A stretch of DNA of 64,000 nt from contig NC_043001.1 of the NCBI RefSeq assembly GCF_006345805.1, forward strand, positions 102,734,001-102,798,000, written 5' to 3'. Of the stretch, positions 1 through 12,398 are shown in pieces. The translations under genes and the position numbers were made by a program. A model generated the notes under the pieces. The model saw only the letters and a program-made list of their open reading frames with translations. It was not told the origin of the DNA and did not search any database. Position 1 is the stretch's first letter; every line of letters begins with the position of its first letter. Source of the stretch: Octopus sinensis (Eukaryota).

Positions 1-599
1 ACAAGTCTTCAGTGTATGCATAATTGAACCAGTTGAAATTAAAGACTAAGATCATGAACATCTATCATCATCACCACCATCATCATTTGTATTTCCTCTG
101 ATTCCATGCTAGTATGGTTTGGAAAAAAAACTTCTTGAGGCAGCATTCTAAAGTTGGACCCTTCATATTCCTACTTTATTCCTTGTCTTCAGGAGGTTGA
201 ACTGCTGTTAGACTTATTGATGATAGAAACATAAACAAAGTCACCATCAAACTGGCATCCATGCAAAGAGACCCATATACAAACACATACACCTGATTCT
301 GTACAGTTTAGCATTTAAACCAGTCACACCCAGCCAAAAGATTCTGTTTTTATGCTGCAACTGGCCAGATCTGGACCCTCACACCTATTCTAAAATGTCA
401 TTCTAGAATTTATGCAATCACATCATCAAATTTTTAAAGATATTAAAATAATGCAAAATTAATTCAAAACAATGAGAATAAATAAACATTGAATTTAACA
501 GAATAATCTGAATGCTAAAAGCTTCAAGTAAAAAATGAATGCTGTCAACAGTGTGTATTCTGCTTAAAGCACCAAAGTGCCAGGTGGTAGAGTCAAGCT

Positions 600-775
600 G
601 AGTCACTCATGTAAAGCAAGAAGGGATCTGAGCTCAGAATGTAAAAGACTGGAACATGTACAGCAAGGCATCTTGCCAGCTGTTCTAATGATTCTGTATT
701 TCTATGCATGGATGCCAGTTTGATGGTGACTTTGTTTCTGTTTCTAATGATTCCATCAGCCTACGCGTAAGGTAA
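600..775 (-). mobile_element. Old SINE fragment (ggcggcgagctggcagaa family) carrying a templated insertion
   Basis: Reverse-complement similarity to younger copies at 58649 and 61111; interrupted at about 695-753. Confidence 0.5.
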
Positions 776-1409
776 CATTGTAGGTTTTTATAAATAAGGA
801 ACCAGCCCTAAATAAGAATCTTGATTATTGGCCCTAGAAGGACAAATACCAAAGTTGGTTTTGGTGGGATTTGCAGGCAGAATGCAGGGTGCTTCATTAA
901 ATACCAACACTATCATTTCACCATTAAAAAGAAGTACTGATTAAGAAAAGAAATAGCCAGACACAAGCACTCTGAAAAGACATGAATAAGGATAGCAAAG
1001 GTTGAGCATATACGAGCACTAATAAAACATGCTATGTTAAAGCTGGCTCATTCTAATTAATCTGGTATGGAAATGTATTTACATTAACAGCTACTGGTCA
1101 CAATAAACAATGAAAGAAAGAAGAGCAATAACAACAATATTGTAATTATAACAATTATGATATCAATAGACACAACAACAGTAATGATAAAGACAACAAC
1201 ACCAACAGGAATAAAAGTAATGATATTAATGATAGTAATACAAATAATGGCAGATGACGATGATGATGATGATAACTGTGGGGTTTGAGATGGTAAAAAT
1301 GATTATTTTTTGCCATTTCAAAAGAAACTTTATTACACATTGATTTAAATTTAAACTTGTGTAGGAAATAGGGTCTCAAATGAAAGTGCATATCAGCAAG
1401 CACCAAGTG

Positions 1410-1682
1410 TGCATACATATGGTATAGTGGTTAAGAGCGCAGGCTACTAACCCCAAGATACCGAGTTCGATTCCAGGCAGGGACTTGAACAACAACAACA
1501 GCAACAACATCAAAAAATACCTGAGGAATGAGGACCCAGGTTCAAAATTTCCTCAAGACACCTGATGAAGGCTGGATGATATATCAGCCAAAACATTGTG
1601 TTAACAACAAACAAAATGAGGACAAATATCCGTCAAATGTAAATAATGTACATAATTCCTCATCTCTTAAATATAAAAACTG
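1410..1682 (+). mobile_element. tRNA-derived SINE with hammerhead-like/Penelope-like 3' part, copy 1
   Basis: A box TGGTATAGTGG, B box GAGTTCGATTCC, (AAC)n linker and a body closely similar to 12399-12676. Confidence 0.85.
1557..1602 (+). ncRNA. Degenerate minimal type I hammerhead ribozyme motif (copy 1)
   Basis: GACAC-CTGATGA-A-GGCTG-(10-nt loop)-CAGCC-AAAACATT-GTGTT. Stems I and II are intact. GAAACG has become AAAACA, as expected from CpG decay at both CpGs. Confidence 0.6.
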
Positions 1683-2319
1683 TATTACTTGCATGTATAC
1701 TTATAAATCTGCATGTCATAACCATTTTTGTGCATAGTGGTGGGTGTCCTTGGTCCTCTATATTTGTGATCCTGTGTGTATATTTACTATTTATTTATTC
1801 TTAAGCTGTTGTACTACAATCAGACATTGCAATGCAGCCATAATGGAGTACTATCTTTAAGAGGTTAAGCAGATATGAATTTTAATACATACTTCAGTTT
1901 TTTATGGACCTCTATTTACTTTTATGGAGCTTTATTTATCAAACTGTTAAATAACAGGATATAAAGGGATGCAACAACATTTTTTCAACCAGTGTAAACA
2001 TACACAGACTCACAAAATGGACATCTGTAAAGGTATTTAGAAAATTACTATTTGTAAATCTCACAACACGAGATATTCAGCAACATTACTTTGGAGTAAA
2101 GATTATTTGCCCACATAACATGGCAGTCCTAGTTTAGGACAAATGTTGCTGTAATTTAGCCCCAGGAGACATCGTCTCCAGCTGGCTATGCGACATGATC
2201 TGTGTCATATTTTCGAACAACCATGACTGCCATGTTATGTTGGCAAATAATCTTTACTCTGCAATGGTACTATCAATGAAATTTCAATCAAGTATCTGTG
2301 CTGGTGCCACATATAATGC

Positions 2320-2510
2320 AATGGTGCTTGTGCCATGTACAAAGCACCCAGTACACTCTGTGAAGTGGTTGGTGTTAGAAAGGGCATCCAGCCTTAGAAG
2401 CTTTGCCAAACAGACAATTGGGGCCTAATGCAGCTCCCTGGCTCGCCAGCGCCTGTTGAACTGTCCAATCCATGCCAGCATGGAAAATGTATGTTAAACG
2501 ATGATGATGA
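2320..2510 (+). mobile_element. SINE 3' module (aaagcaccc...gaagggcatccagc...(GAT)n family)
   Basis: Same module recurs at 10620-10875, 18575-18750, 31590-31812, 41665-41850, 49370-49660 and 51700-51915 (+), and at 33895-34430, 55128-55385 and 63235-63480 (-). It ends in a (GAT)n tail. Confidence 0.75.
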
Positions 2511-2743
2511 GTTAAGATCAACCTGAATTGCAAGAGATATTTACCCAAGGAAACACACAGTGCAAAATAAAACCAGAAAATATTGTGGTGAAGCAGACTT
2601 CATAACCACACAGCCATTCATATACCTCTGTTTATGTATGAACATTATCATAGTCATACAGATTGCTGCGTTCTTGATGCAGGTGTTTTGATACCTGGAA
2701 GCTCTTCTTACAACTAACCAATTTATCAAATGTGAACAAGCTA

Positions 2744-2747
<4 letters not shown>

Positions 2748-2809
<62 letters not shown>

Positions 2810-2812
2810 ACA
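2748..2812. repeat. Compound (CT)n(CA)n microsatellite
   Basis: Seen directly. Similar compound repeats occur at 3132-3188, 13073-13113, 21184-21240 and 25882-25928. Confidence 0.95.
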
Positions 2813-3155
2813 TTTACACAAGCATAGACATGAATGCACACACATAGATACACACATTAAAACATAAATGTGCACATTAACATATCTACAAGCACATTCC
2901 CGTACATATCTACACACGCGCATATACGTACACACAACAAATACATAATGGAAAACATACACAACCATGTGTGCACATGAGATATATCATGGGAAACAAT
3001 ACACACACACACAGATTATTTCTGTATGGGAGTCCTTTGAAAAACGGACAAGCTGATTAACAAACTGAGGTCATAAATCAAAGACAGCAAAATGTTCTTG
3101 ATTGTGTGCCTCTGTGTGTGCATTCACATGAACACACACACACACACACACACAC

Positions 3156-3187
<32 letters not shown>

Positions 3188-4176
3188 AATGTATCAGAGA
3201 GTACTGAAAAGCAATAGAATTAAAATGCCGTGTGTTCAAGAATCCAGTGCCAGGTGACTGACTAAAGCTAACATCCATGTAGAAACTACAAAACTCATTA
3301 ATCATACCAAAAACACATTCGGAAACAATAATCACAGCAGATGTTACTGCCTGTTACAATCAAGATCTATGTACATGGCAAACTTTACCAATAATTTATT
3401 CATAAGGAAGCTTACTGAAATATTTAAATATTTCACTTACTTTTATTTATTTAGCTTTGTTGTTTTATTTTGCAAGATTAGATTATGTTTTCATGTTTCT
3501 CCTGATTCTATTCTATGTTTCAAAAAAGAACAGGTGGTACATTGAAGAAAGCACCAAGGGAAAGAGAGAGAGAGGATGAAGTTCAAATAGATTTGTTTAA
3601 CCAATTCCTCGCCACCGTTTAACTTCATCATAAAATACTTAACTAATCTACCTAGCTGTAGAGAAAAAGTCATCTTACTTGCCTCATAATATTTTCTCTC
3701 AAATATTTGTTAACTTTCTCATCAAAGCTCAGCATCACTAGCATCATCACTGTCACTATCATTATCACAATCATTATCAGTGATATTAGCACTGTATTCA
3801 CACCATTCAATGTGTGCATGTAATGCTATTGGTGTTGTTGACTAATTAATTACTAATTACAGAAAAATAAAGAGTGAAATCTATTACATTTTGAATTTCA
3901 GCATCTTAAAGTGCTAAATTCAAATGAAACAACAGGCCTCCCTCAAATAAACAGGTTGTTTTCCCTCAAGGCTATCTAATTAAGCTCAATACATGATGGC
4001 TGCATTTAACTGTGTAGCTTCTCTTTGTCTCTTTCATTGACTCTTCTTGTCACAGTTCAATCACAACTGAACAGTGACTTCCTCACTAACAACAATAGTC
4101 ATCGTCATCATGATCATCAAAGCCACCACCACCTCCACCCATCAGCATCTTCTTTTCAATACATAGATTATGAGGA

Positions 4177-4388
4177 GAGTGGCAAGCTGGCAGAATCATT
4201 AACATGCCAGGAAAAATGCTTAGCAGCATTTCATCCATCTTTATGCTCTGAGTTCCAATTCCACCAAAGTTTACTCTGCTTTTCATCCTTCCAGCATCAA
4301 TGAAATAAATACCAGCTGAGCACTGGGGGTCAATGTAATCAACCTGCCCCCACCCCAAAAGAAGCGATCTTGTATCAAAAGGTGAAAC
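4177..4388 (+). mobile_element. SINE (ggcggcgagctggcagaa family), old copy
   Basis: Colinear with 58649-58883 and 61111-61340. Confidence 0.7.
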
Positions 4389-4949
4389 TAATATGTAGAC
4401 TATGAGGGTCAAAATCACATCTGCCATGCTTCTACATTCGGTAGAGGTTCTAATCCAGATTTCTTGTAAAACAAAACTAAATCTATACTGCACCAGGGAA
4501 GAATCATGACAGTTTTATTTTGTAACAGCATCAAAGTCTTTTACCATAAGTCTAAGCCTGGTTACAGATACCACTCTGTAATTGTTGATAAGAACTGGTT
4601 AGCAAGAGACTTCTAAAAGATACATTGCAACAGAGGATCAGTGACCAAGTTGCAAATGTTTTATGGAGGATTTTCATACTTAACATACCAGACTGACACA
4701 AAATAAAATTTAATTCAACATTACACATGCATTTTAAATATGTCACATCTCTTCCATGATGCAACTATTTCAGTTTTTAGAATTAATTAATTCTGATTTA
4801 TGTTAAATAATTTTACAGTTATTCTTAGTTTCTTTGTCCCTTTCAATTCACCACTGTCTCAACTGTTCCCCAAATTCTTGCAACCCCTGTCAATTTTCCT
4901 ACTAGCTCTTTCCTACAATGAGACCATTTGTCTCTTCTCCTTATGAAGT

Positions 4950-5560
4950 CATCACCACAAGGATCTCAAAATAACCAACACCTTTAGCTCTTTCACGTCT
5001 TGCAGAGAGCCCTGCCAGTTTTATGCTGACTACTTTTAGCAGCTAATATGCTTCAATCCAGAACCATCCATAACACCTAAGCAAGTGAGAAAAACCACCT
5101 GCTTAGGATTGCTTCTTTATATCCCTCACACAGCTAAAACCCCAGTACCCATGCACACACTCTTCAACTGGTCCAAACCCATGCCCTTTCCATTAAGCTC
5201 AAACAGTGTGCTCCACAGCTAGCTTCATCTTCATGAAACTCTTTAGTATTTTCCGCATCTACAAGAAATTATCCAAACCTTTGAACATACACTGTACTTT
5301 CCTTTATGCCTTAAAAGAGAGACATTACCAACTTCTGGATTATCACTCTACTCTCCAAAAACCAAAGTAATGGAAAACACTTGAGTTTCTTTCTCTTTTC
5401 AGTGACCATCCATCTGGATTTACATGAGGTTCGCTCTTCTGTCTAATTCACTGATGAATCCACACCTTGAAGAACTTCAATGTTCCTGATGTTATGACCC
5501 TTAAAAGATTTCAACAATGAGATCCTCTTAGTAATGTTACCTGCCTCTGGTTCATGGGTG
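4950..5560 (+). mobile_element. Highly degenerate CR1/L2-type reverse transcriptase fragment
   Basis: Broken translation IKLKQCAPQLAS...KLF...ITLLS...VME resembles the CR1 LKECAPELA...NYRPISLLS..SKVME segment. Confidence 0.4.
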
Positions 5561-5985
5561 TTTTCCCTTTGAATCAGTAGCTTTCAGGGTCACCACATTT
5601 TCATTGCATATAATCAACACAGAAATTTTCTCACCCTTCATGTTACCGACTCTAAGGCAACTTAATACAAAATTTACCAACACTCTTTTTCTGGTAAAGT
5701 AATGATTTATCTGCTGTACTTCCAATAATGCATTACTCTAACCATGGAAACCATGGCTCCATATAGGATTTTAGGGTTAAGGTCTATGCGCAATAAATTG
5801 GTTATTCTTATACAATACACAAAATATGTTAACTTTTTTGTTATACAATTCCTAATAATTTTTAATTATAAAAAAATGATAGGATTTTTCCAACATTGGA
5901 AGGTCACGGGGTTCCGTCTGAGTAAAACAGGAACCAAAGGAGTCCATAGTTAAAAGAAATGGCTGAGAACCACTGTTGTAAACTA

Positions 5986-6216
5986 CAGGGTGTTCAAAAA
6001 GTCTCTCCACAGTAAGTATTTAATGAGTTTTGGGTGATTCTTGTACACTGATCCTTTACTTGCTCCCCAGAAAAGAAAAAAAGTCTGATGGTGTTAAATC
6101 AGGTGATCAAAGTCCCTTCAAAATAATCCGTTCATGGAAAAACTCTTACAGTAGCCTCATGGTGATGTGCAGGATAAAAAAAAGATTCAATGCAGAGAGA
6201 CTTTTTTAACAGCCTG
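5986..6216 (-). mobile_element. Internally deleted Tc1/mariner element (MITE)
   Basis: TA|CAGGGTGTTCAAAAAGTCTCT ... AGAGACTTTTTTAACAGCCTG|TA imperfect TIRs with TA TSD. The internal minus-strand remnant RSPDLTPSDFF resembles the SPDLTPLDFFLWG motif. Confidence 0.8.
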
Positions 6217-8189
6217 TATATTTGATGCCACAATCCACTTTGACTTCGGAGATGCCTTTTATATTTTTCTCTGTCCACACATTCGCACATACTACAACTA
6301 CAATGAATCAGCTATAGAGCATTAGAACACAGCATTCATACACTTTTATATGAATTGTTGTAAGTCGTATGAAGAAAGGTTGTTACATGTATTCCTGAAT
6401 TGTTTCCCAAAGCAATAGAACTGTGTCAGTGAGGGACCATTGAAAACCTTTTCTTTAAAGCAGAAGGTGATGACGATACTTAAGATGAATATCATGTTCC
6501 ACATGTGAGGGTACAAACAGCTGGTTTAATCTCCAGTGAATCAATGCCTTCCATATTGTAATCTATCCTCTGATTAGGCACACTTCCTGAGAACTGGACA
6601 GCCGATCCCATCTTATTAAGTAGAATAAGAACTGCTAAAATAATTCTTAATGAAAACCCAATAGACTTTCAGTTTTCAGTAGAAAGACAACATCTTCTAT
6701 GGAGACTTTGACCATTTATGAAGAGACACTCTAGTCTCATGAGGTGAACACATTAAAAACACTAAAAATATAAATAAAACTATTACATAAATAACACATG
6801 ATCAAAGGAAAATAAGAGGGGGTGTAGAAGTGTATATCGACTCATAAATTCACATCTCAATAGACTATGTTTGAGAGTAAAAGAGGAGGGTCATAAAAAA
6901 AAGCGAAAAAAAACCAACAAAAGCAAATACTATAATTAATCTAAACTGTAATCCAGACAAGTATTAAGACATTAATCACCAAACAGATTACTGGAGCATG
7001 AAAATCGGTTTATTGTCTCAAAACAAAAAACAGTAAAAAAAATAATAAATGTTAAGGGTCAAAAACAAAAAAAAAATTGAGAAGAGAAAAATGGTAGAAC
7101 AAAATATAAAAAATAGTATAAATAAAAAGGAAAAAACAAGGAAAGTTTTTCAAAGCAAAAAAGAAGGATTGAATAAAATTTTATGGAAATTATCACAAAT
7201 AGAACTCACATAAACATTAATACTGCAGCTTGGTGAACTCCAATGTAGGAGGAATTCCTTGATCTATATTGATGTCATTGATCTGATGAAATGATACATC
7301 AAATATATTTGTATGAAATGAGTTGCAGAGGCACTAACGCTTTTAGGGCTATTCTACAGTGTATTAGCAATTCTATGAGAGTGAGACAAGTGCTACTCTT
7401 CTGCAATAATGGATACAGCCACACCAACAAATTTTGTCTCGTTTTACTGTAAGTTTTACATCATCAAAGACAGAAGAACCAATCAGAACATCAGATTTGC
7501 AGTGAATCTAGAAAGGTCAGATCATGACTGATACAGGTCCTTGAAGGAATTGCAAAGGCCTTTTTGGTAGACCAGTGGTCTACAGAGCATTAACCTAAAA
7601 TGGTTACTGGATGCACATCAGAAGAAATTACAGGAGACAAGAAGAAAACCATCAACTTGTCTATGAGCCATAATGATAGCTAATCAAGACAAAATCTGGA
7701 TGGCACCAAACAGATCAATATAAGCTGATTAGTGCTTTTAAATAAACGCCAACTTGTCTTTTGTTATTATAAATATAGATTCTTTAAAAACAATTATCAA
7801 AAAATTAATATGCAAATCAAAAAATCATTCAATCATAAAAAATAAAAATAGCAATATTTGAATCAAAATTACGACTAAAATAACAGAAATAATGACAAAA
7901 GATACAATCAATAATAAAATATGAATAAAAGCAATTAAAATAATATGACACTGGAAAAGTAGTAGTAGCTTTTGTATGTGTGTGTGCATGCATGCGCGTA
8001 GGCACTCTTTGTAAAAGTTGGAAATAGAGCTAAATTAGCTGACCCAGAGATCTGGACCCAATTATACTACACTTGTGAGATCTGTGCTATCTAGTATTTT
8101 CAATTTCCTATTGGTTTTGCTGGGTGTGTCCAAGAGTGGAAAAGGAAGCTAGACCATGTCTGTTTGAAAGGACCCCACCTTTTATGTGT

Positions 8190-8401
8190 TTCAGTCACTG
8201 GACTGCAGCAATGCTGAGAGGCACCACTTTGAAAGGTTTCTAGTTGAACAAATTGACCTCAGTACTTTTATTTTCTTTTTAAGCCTGGTCCTTATCTATC
8301 AGTCTCTTTTGCCAAATCACTGAGTTACAGAGACATACACAAATAAACACTGGTTGTCAAGCAGTAATGGCGGACAAACACACACACAAAAACAAGCATG
8401 T

Positions 8402-8437
<36 letters not shown>

Positions 8438-8585
8438 GATGGGCTTCTTTCAGCTTTCATCACAAGGCTTTGGTTGGCCTATGGCTATAGTACAGGACAT
8501 TTGGCTCAGGTGCCACACACTAGGACTGAACCTGGAAGCATGTGGTTGAGAAGCAAACTTCTTACCACACAGCCATGCCTGTGCC
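8190..8585 (-). mobile_element. Major tRNA-like SINE family (gcaggcgtggctgtgtggtaagaag head)
   Basis: Reverse-complement head and internal (CA)n. Related copies at 19010-19372 (-), 19890-20270, 21560-21760, 26418-26765, 32470-32640, 49995-50345 and 58018-58145 (+). Confidence 0.8.
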
Positions 8586-8603
8586 TCAGGATAATCAAGT
8601 TGG

Positions 8604-9010
8604 TTTACTGCTGCTGCTGTTGGTGTCAAGCAACAAGACAGGTAAGGGTGATTTCACTGTGTCCGTTCTGTGGGTTGGGGGACATCTGACAGGTCAGGAG
8701 CGGAAGTCCACTGTTCCCAGATCCGAAGGACAAGGAGAGGGTCACTGGCCAGAGTGCCAGGAGGGGTTGGCATTTGTGGTGGGCGATGGATCCATGGACA
8801 GTCATAGATGACATGCTCTGCCATCTCCTCTCCCACTCCGTACTTTCTGCAGGTTCTGTCTATGGCTCGGTCAATCTTGTAGAGCCAGTACTTGAGGTCC
8901 GGGTGATGACCACTTCTAAGTCAGCAGAGTGTTACCTGCTACTGCCTGGTTAGAGATGAATCAGAGGCTCTGCTCACTTTCTCTCCATAGATACACTTGC
9001 TGTTCCCAGT
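8604..9010 (-). mobile_element. 3' end of an I/Ingi-group LINE (ORF2 C-terminus with CCHC knuckle)
   Basis: Translation LTRQ*QVTLC*LRSGHHPDLKYWLYKIDRAIDRTCRKYGVGEEMAEHVIYDCP contains RxRxGH and a decayed C-x2-C-x7-H-x4-C, followed by a (CAG)n tail. Confidence 0.75.
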
Positions 9011-9159
9011 ATAATTAATACTAACAATATCAGCAGTAGTGATTTGAGTTAACATTTAGATGGTAGAACTACTGCAATCAGTGGAACATATTGATCACAC
9101 TGTTCTTGATGCTGCCCTTCCTGAAGGTAGTGTTCTATAGTCGTGACAACCCTCTGACT

Positions 9160-9386
9160 CAATGGTTCTCAACCCAGGTCCACATGACCCTTGGGGCCCC
9201 TTATAAGATTTAGTTATTAAAAATTATATACAATAAGTCAGTTATACTTCTACCGTACACTAAATATTTTAATAACTTTTTTATACAGTTCTTAATAATA
9301 TTATAAAAATATAATAGGATAATTTTTAGACATGAAACAGAAATCAGTAAAACAGAAATCAAAGGGGTCCATATTGAGGACCACTG
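9160..9386. mobile_element. hAT-type MITE
   Basis: TIRs CAATGGTTCTCAA / TTGAGGACCACTG and a decayed 8-bp TSD. Relatives at about 5735-5975, 16925-17238 and a partial copy at 57795-57900. Confidence 0.7.
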
Positions 9387-10172
9387 TTTTAACTGCTTAT
9401 CTACAATAGTTCCTGCTTGATTGGAGATAACCTGAACATAACAACAGCATCTACTACAGTGAAATTCTCAAGCCAACTTGTTTAAATTTAATTAAAAGGA
9501 AGAAAGGAAGAAATAGCATTTTAAAAATGCTACAACTGTTGAACACATAAAAACAACAATTAGATAAGAGCTATCAATATAAAGAAACAACCCACTCTCA
9601 AAATCTATAAAAGCTCATCAAAATCTTTGTCACATACTTGTCTGGGTACAAAATGAAGTTTCTCCCCACCAAACCTGCTCTATGTGATCACTCAAACAGA
9701 CAGAAATAGTGGTCAAACCTCGCTTAAATAATAACCTACTGTCTTGGAAAAAAGGGAGGAATGCTTTGATTGGGGTGGCACTTGATAAAGTATGCCTAAA
9801 GAATAAACAGGTCCATCTTAGGTCTGCCAGAGAGGTAATGACATGGACTGAACAACAAGAAATTATTGTTCAATGTATAGTCTAAGAAAAGAGAGAACAA
9901 TTATGAGCTCTAAAAACTAGAAAATAAATATTTTATTATTAATTAAATGTCTTTCTATACAAAAAAAGTAATATTTTTGAGAATCCTTTCTTTAATACAA
10001 TGACTTACATAGCTTTTATGAATGGAGGGGCACCTGCTTTTATTAGGAACAATCTAGTATATAATAAATTAGTTTTGTGTGTGAGTATATGTGCATGTGT
10101 AATACTATCTATGGGAAATAATGGCATGGATTTAGATAAAGATGTACTTGGTGATGCATACACACAAATAGA

Positions 10173-10490
10173 AGGCACATGGCTTAGTGGTCAGGGCATT
10201 TGACTCATGATCGTAAGGTTGTGAGTTCAATTCCCAGCAATGTGCTGTGCCCTTGGGTGAGACACTTTAATTCCTGTTGCTCCAGCTCACTCAGCTGGTG
10301 GAAATAAGTAGTACCTGTGTTTCAAAGGGCCAGCCTTGTCACACTCTGAGTCACACTGAATCTCCTTGACCATTATGTTAAGGGTACATGTGTCTGTGGA
10401 GTACTCAGCCACTTGCACATTAATTTCACGAGCAGGCTGTTCCGTTGATAGGATCACCTGGAACCCTTGTCGTCATAACCAACAGAATGC
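10173..10490 (+). mobile_element. tRNA-derived SINE (third family)
   Basis: A box TGGCTTAGTGG, B box GAGTTCAATTCC, then a body ending ...ctggaacccttgtcgtcataacc. Confidence 0.75.
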
Positions 10491-12398
10491 CAATAGTTGT
10501 ACACATACAAATTTTCAATTAATTGAAATTTCATTGTTAGAATGTAGAAGAGAACAAAAAAAACTAACAGTAATGGCAAATAGGAAAAGGGAGATAGTTT
10601 AAAGAAATTTGGGCCCCATATGAATGGCACGTAAAAAGCACCATTCAAGCATGGTTGATGTCAGTACTACCTGATTAGCCCCCATGCTGGTGGCACGTAA
10701 ATAGCACCCACTGCACTCTCAGACTGGTTGGTGTAAGGAAGGGCATCCAGATGTGGAAACTTTGCCAGATCAGATTGGAGCCTGGTTTGCCAGTCCTCAA
10801 TCAAACCTTTCAACCCATGCCAGCATGGAAAGCAGATATTAAAAGATGATGATGGTGATGGTGGTGATGATGATGAAGTTCACAAAATTATTATTAGGAA
10901 AAAAGTATGATCTTTGCAGGCAAGGGGGTAGCTGGTCATGTTTTGGTTCTCTGGGTCAGCATAATCAAGCTTGTGTTGATAGCAAGGGTTTTACATAGGG
11001 AATGTTACAAAGATTATTTTGTAATATGCAAATTACTACTAGTTAGAACTCTTTGCAGCTCATGCAGTCAAGTATGGTCTACTGAAGTTTATTTTAATCA
11101 GTTGACAACTATTAATTTATCAAGATTGGCTTCAGTTGATTAATATACTATGCTGATGAGATTTGGTAAACTGAAACAAGTGTGTAGCTATCTGCAAACT
11201 TGTTAAAATAGATCAGGTTTTCCTCTTAGCATATAAATAAATTTTGTGAAATTAATTCTTAATTTCTAATAATTATCTTCTCGTCTTGAGTCACTCATAA
11301 ATGCCACTGGGTTTTTGCTATTTTTGTTATCTAAACGGTAAATTCCAATTAATTGAGAAATTTTCATATTAAATCATCATTGGTGTGTGTGTGTGTAAAT
11401 GCATGCACACACACACACACACATTTATATACACAAACACCTATATACACACACACATTCACATGCATGAGTAGCATACATGCATGTGTGTATGTGCACA
11501 CTTCTGTGTGTGAATAAATGCGTACATTTGCACATATAGAATATATCTATATAAGTAACCCATTATGATTTGATGACTTCCAATAGAAGACGGAAAGATA
11601 ATTGTCTCAAAGATTATTCTTCATTTCATTTCCTTCTTGTTGTTTTTTTGTTTTGTTTTTTTACCTCTTTATTTTTACTTGATTTCCGACTTCATCCAAT
11701 ATATAATCAGTTTATTCGAAATGGCTATAGAGTGTCTGATGACGCAAACATCTGCTACTCAGGAATATTGGTTGACCAAAGGTCGGGAAATATATAATAC
11801 CATTTGGTAGTGAAGATAAATTCATCGTCAACATTTTATTCTTGGCTCTAAAAATGATTCTAAGAATCAAATTACATCTTTTATTATTATTATTATTATT
11901 ATGTTTTCATTTTCGGTTATTCTGTTCGATGTTTCTGTTTGAGTATTTTTTTTTTTCCTAAAGTTGGATTTAAAAAAAAAAATCAACAAAGCAAAAAAAC
12001 ACAAGTAGATCTGTTAGAAGATAAATTAGGTTATATTGTAACAGGAGAAATTGCAACTTGAGTATTCAAAATCAGCCACTGAACTTACTGCAAAAAGAAT
12101 AATGAAATTTTTATCATTGTCAACATTAACAGTTGGAGCCTTGCAATAGGAACAAGACTGCAAATTCTAGGATCCCCAACACCAACATGGGGAATTTTCA
12201 CAACGCGTCTGGATTTCTGGGTTTTTTTCATACCTGAAATAAATTCTTGAAAATAACTCACATACATATCCAATAAATATCATGTGTATTTATTTATCTA
12301 TTTTCACTCTGTAACTTTTGAATATAATAAAACACCAGAGTGGTAATGAAAAGAGAGAGAAATGAAGTATATAATCGAGAAATAAAGTAAAACATTAT

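Noticed and set aside
1410-1475. tRNA gene-like heads (also 10173, 12410, 15037 and 41170-41232)
   Set aside because: No complete acceptor stem; they continue into SINE bodies, so they are not functional tRNA genes.
7210-7280. Minus-strand GIPP segment as a MASTL C-terminal exon
   Set aside because: Flanks (DQGIPPTLEF*) do not match FLTGIPPFNDETP, and a stop follows.
11737-11795. CTGATGA ... GAAA as another hammerhead
   Set aside because: No stem II complementarity between the two core halves.
11700-11810. CpG-containing segment reading LFEMAIECLMTQTSATQEYWLTKGREIY on +
   Set aside because: Weak donor and no recognisable homology; not enough support to call an exon.
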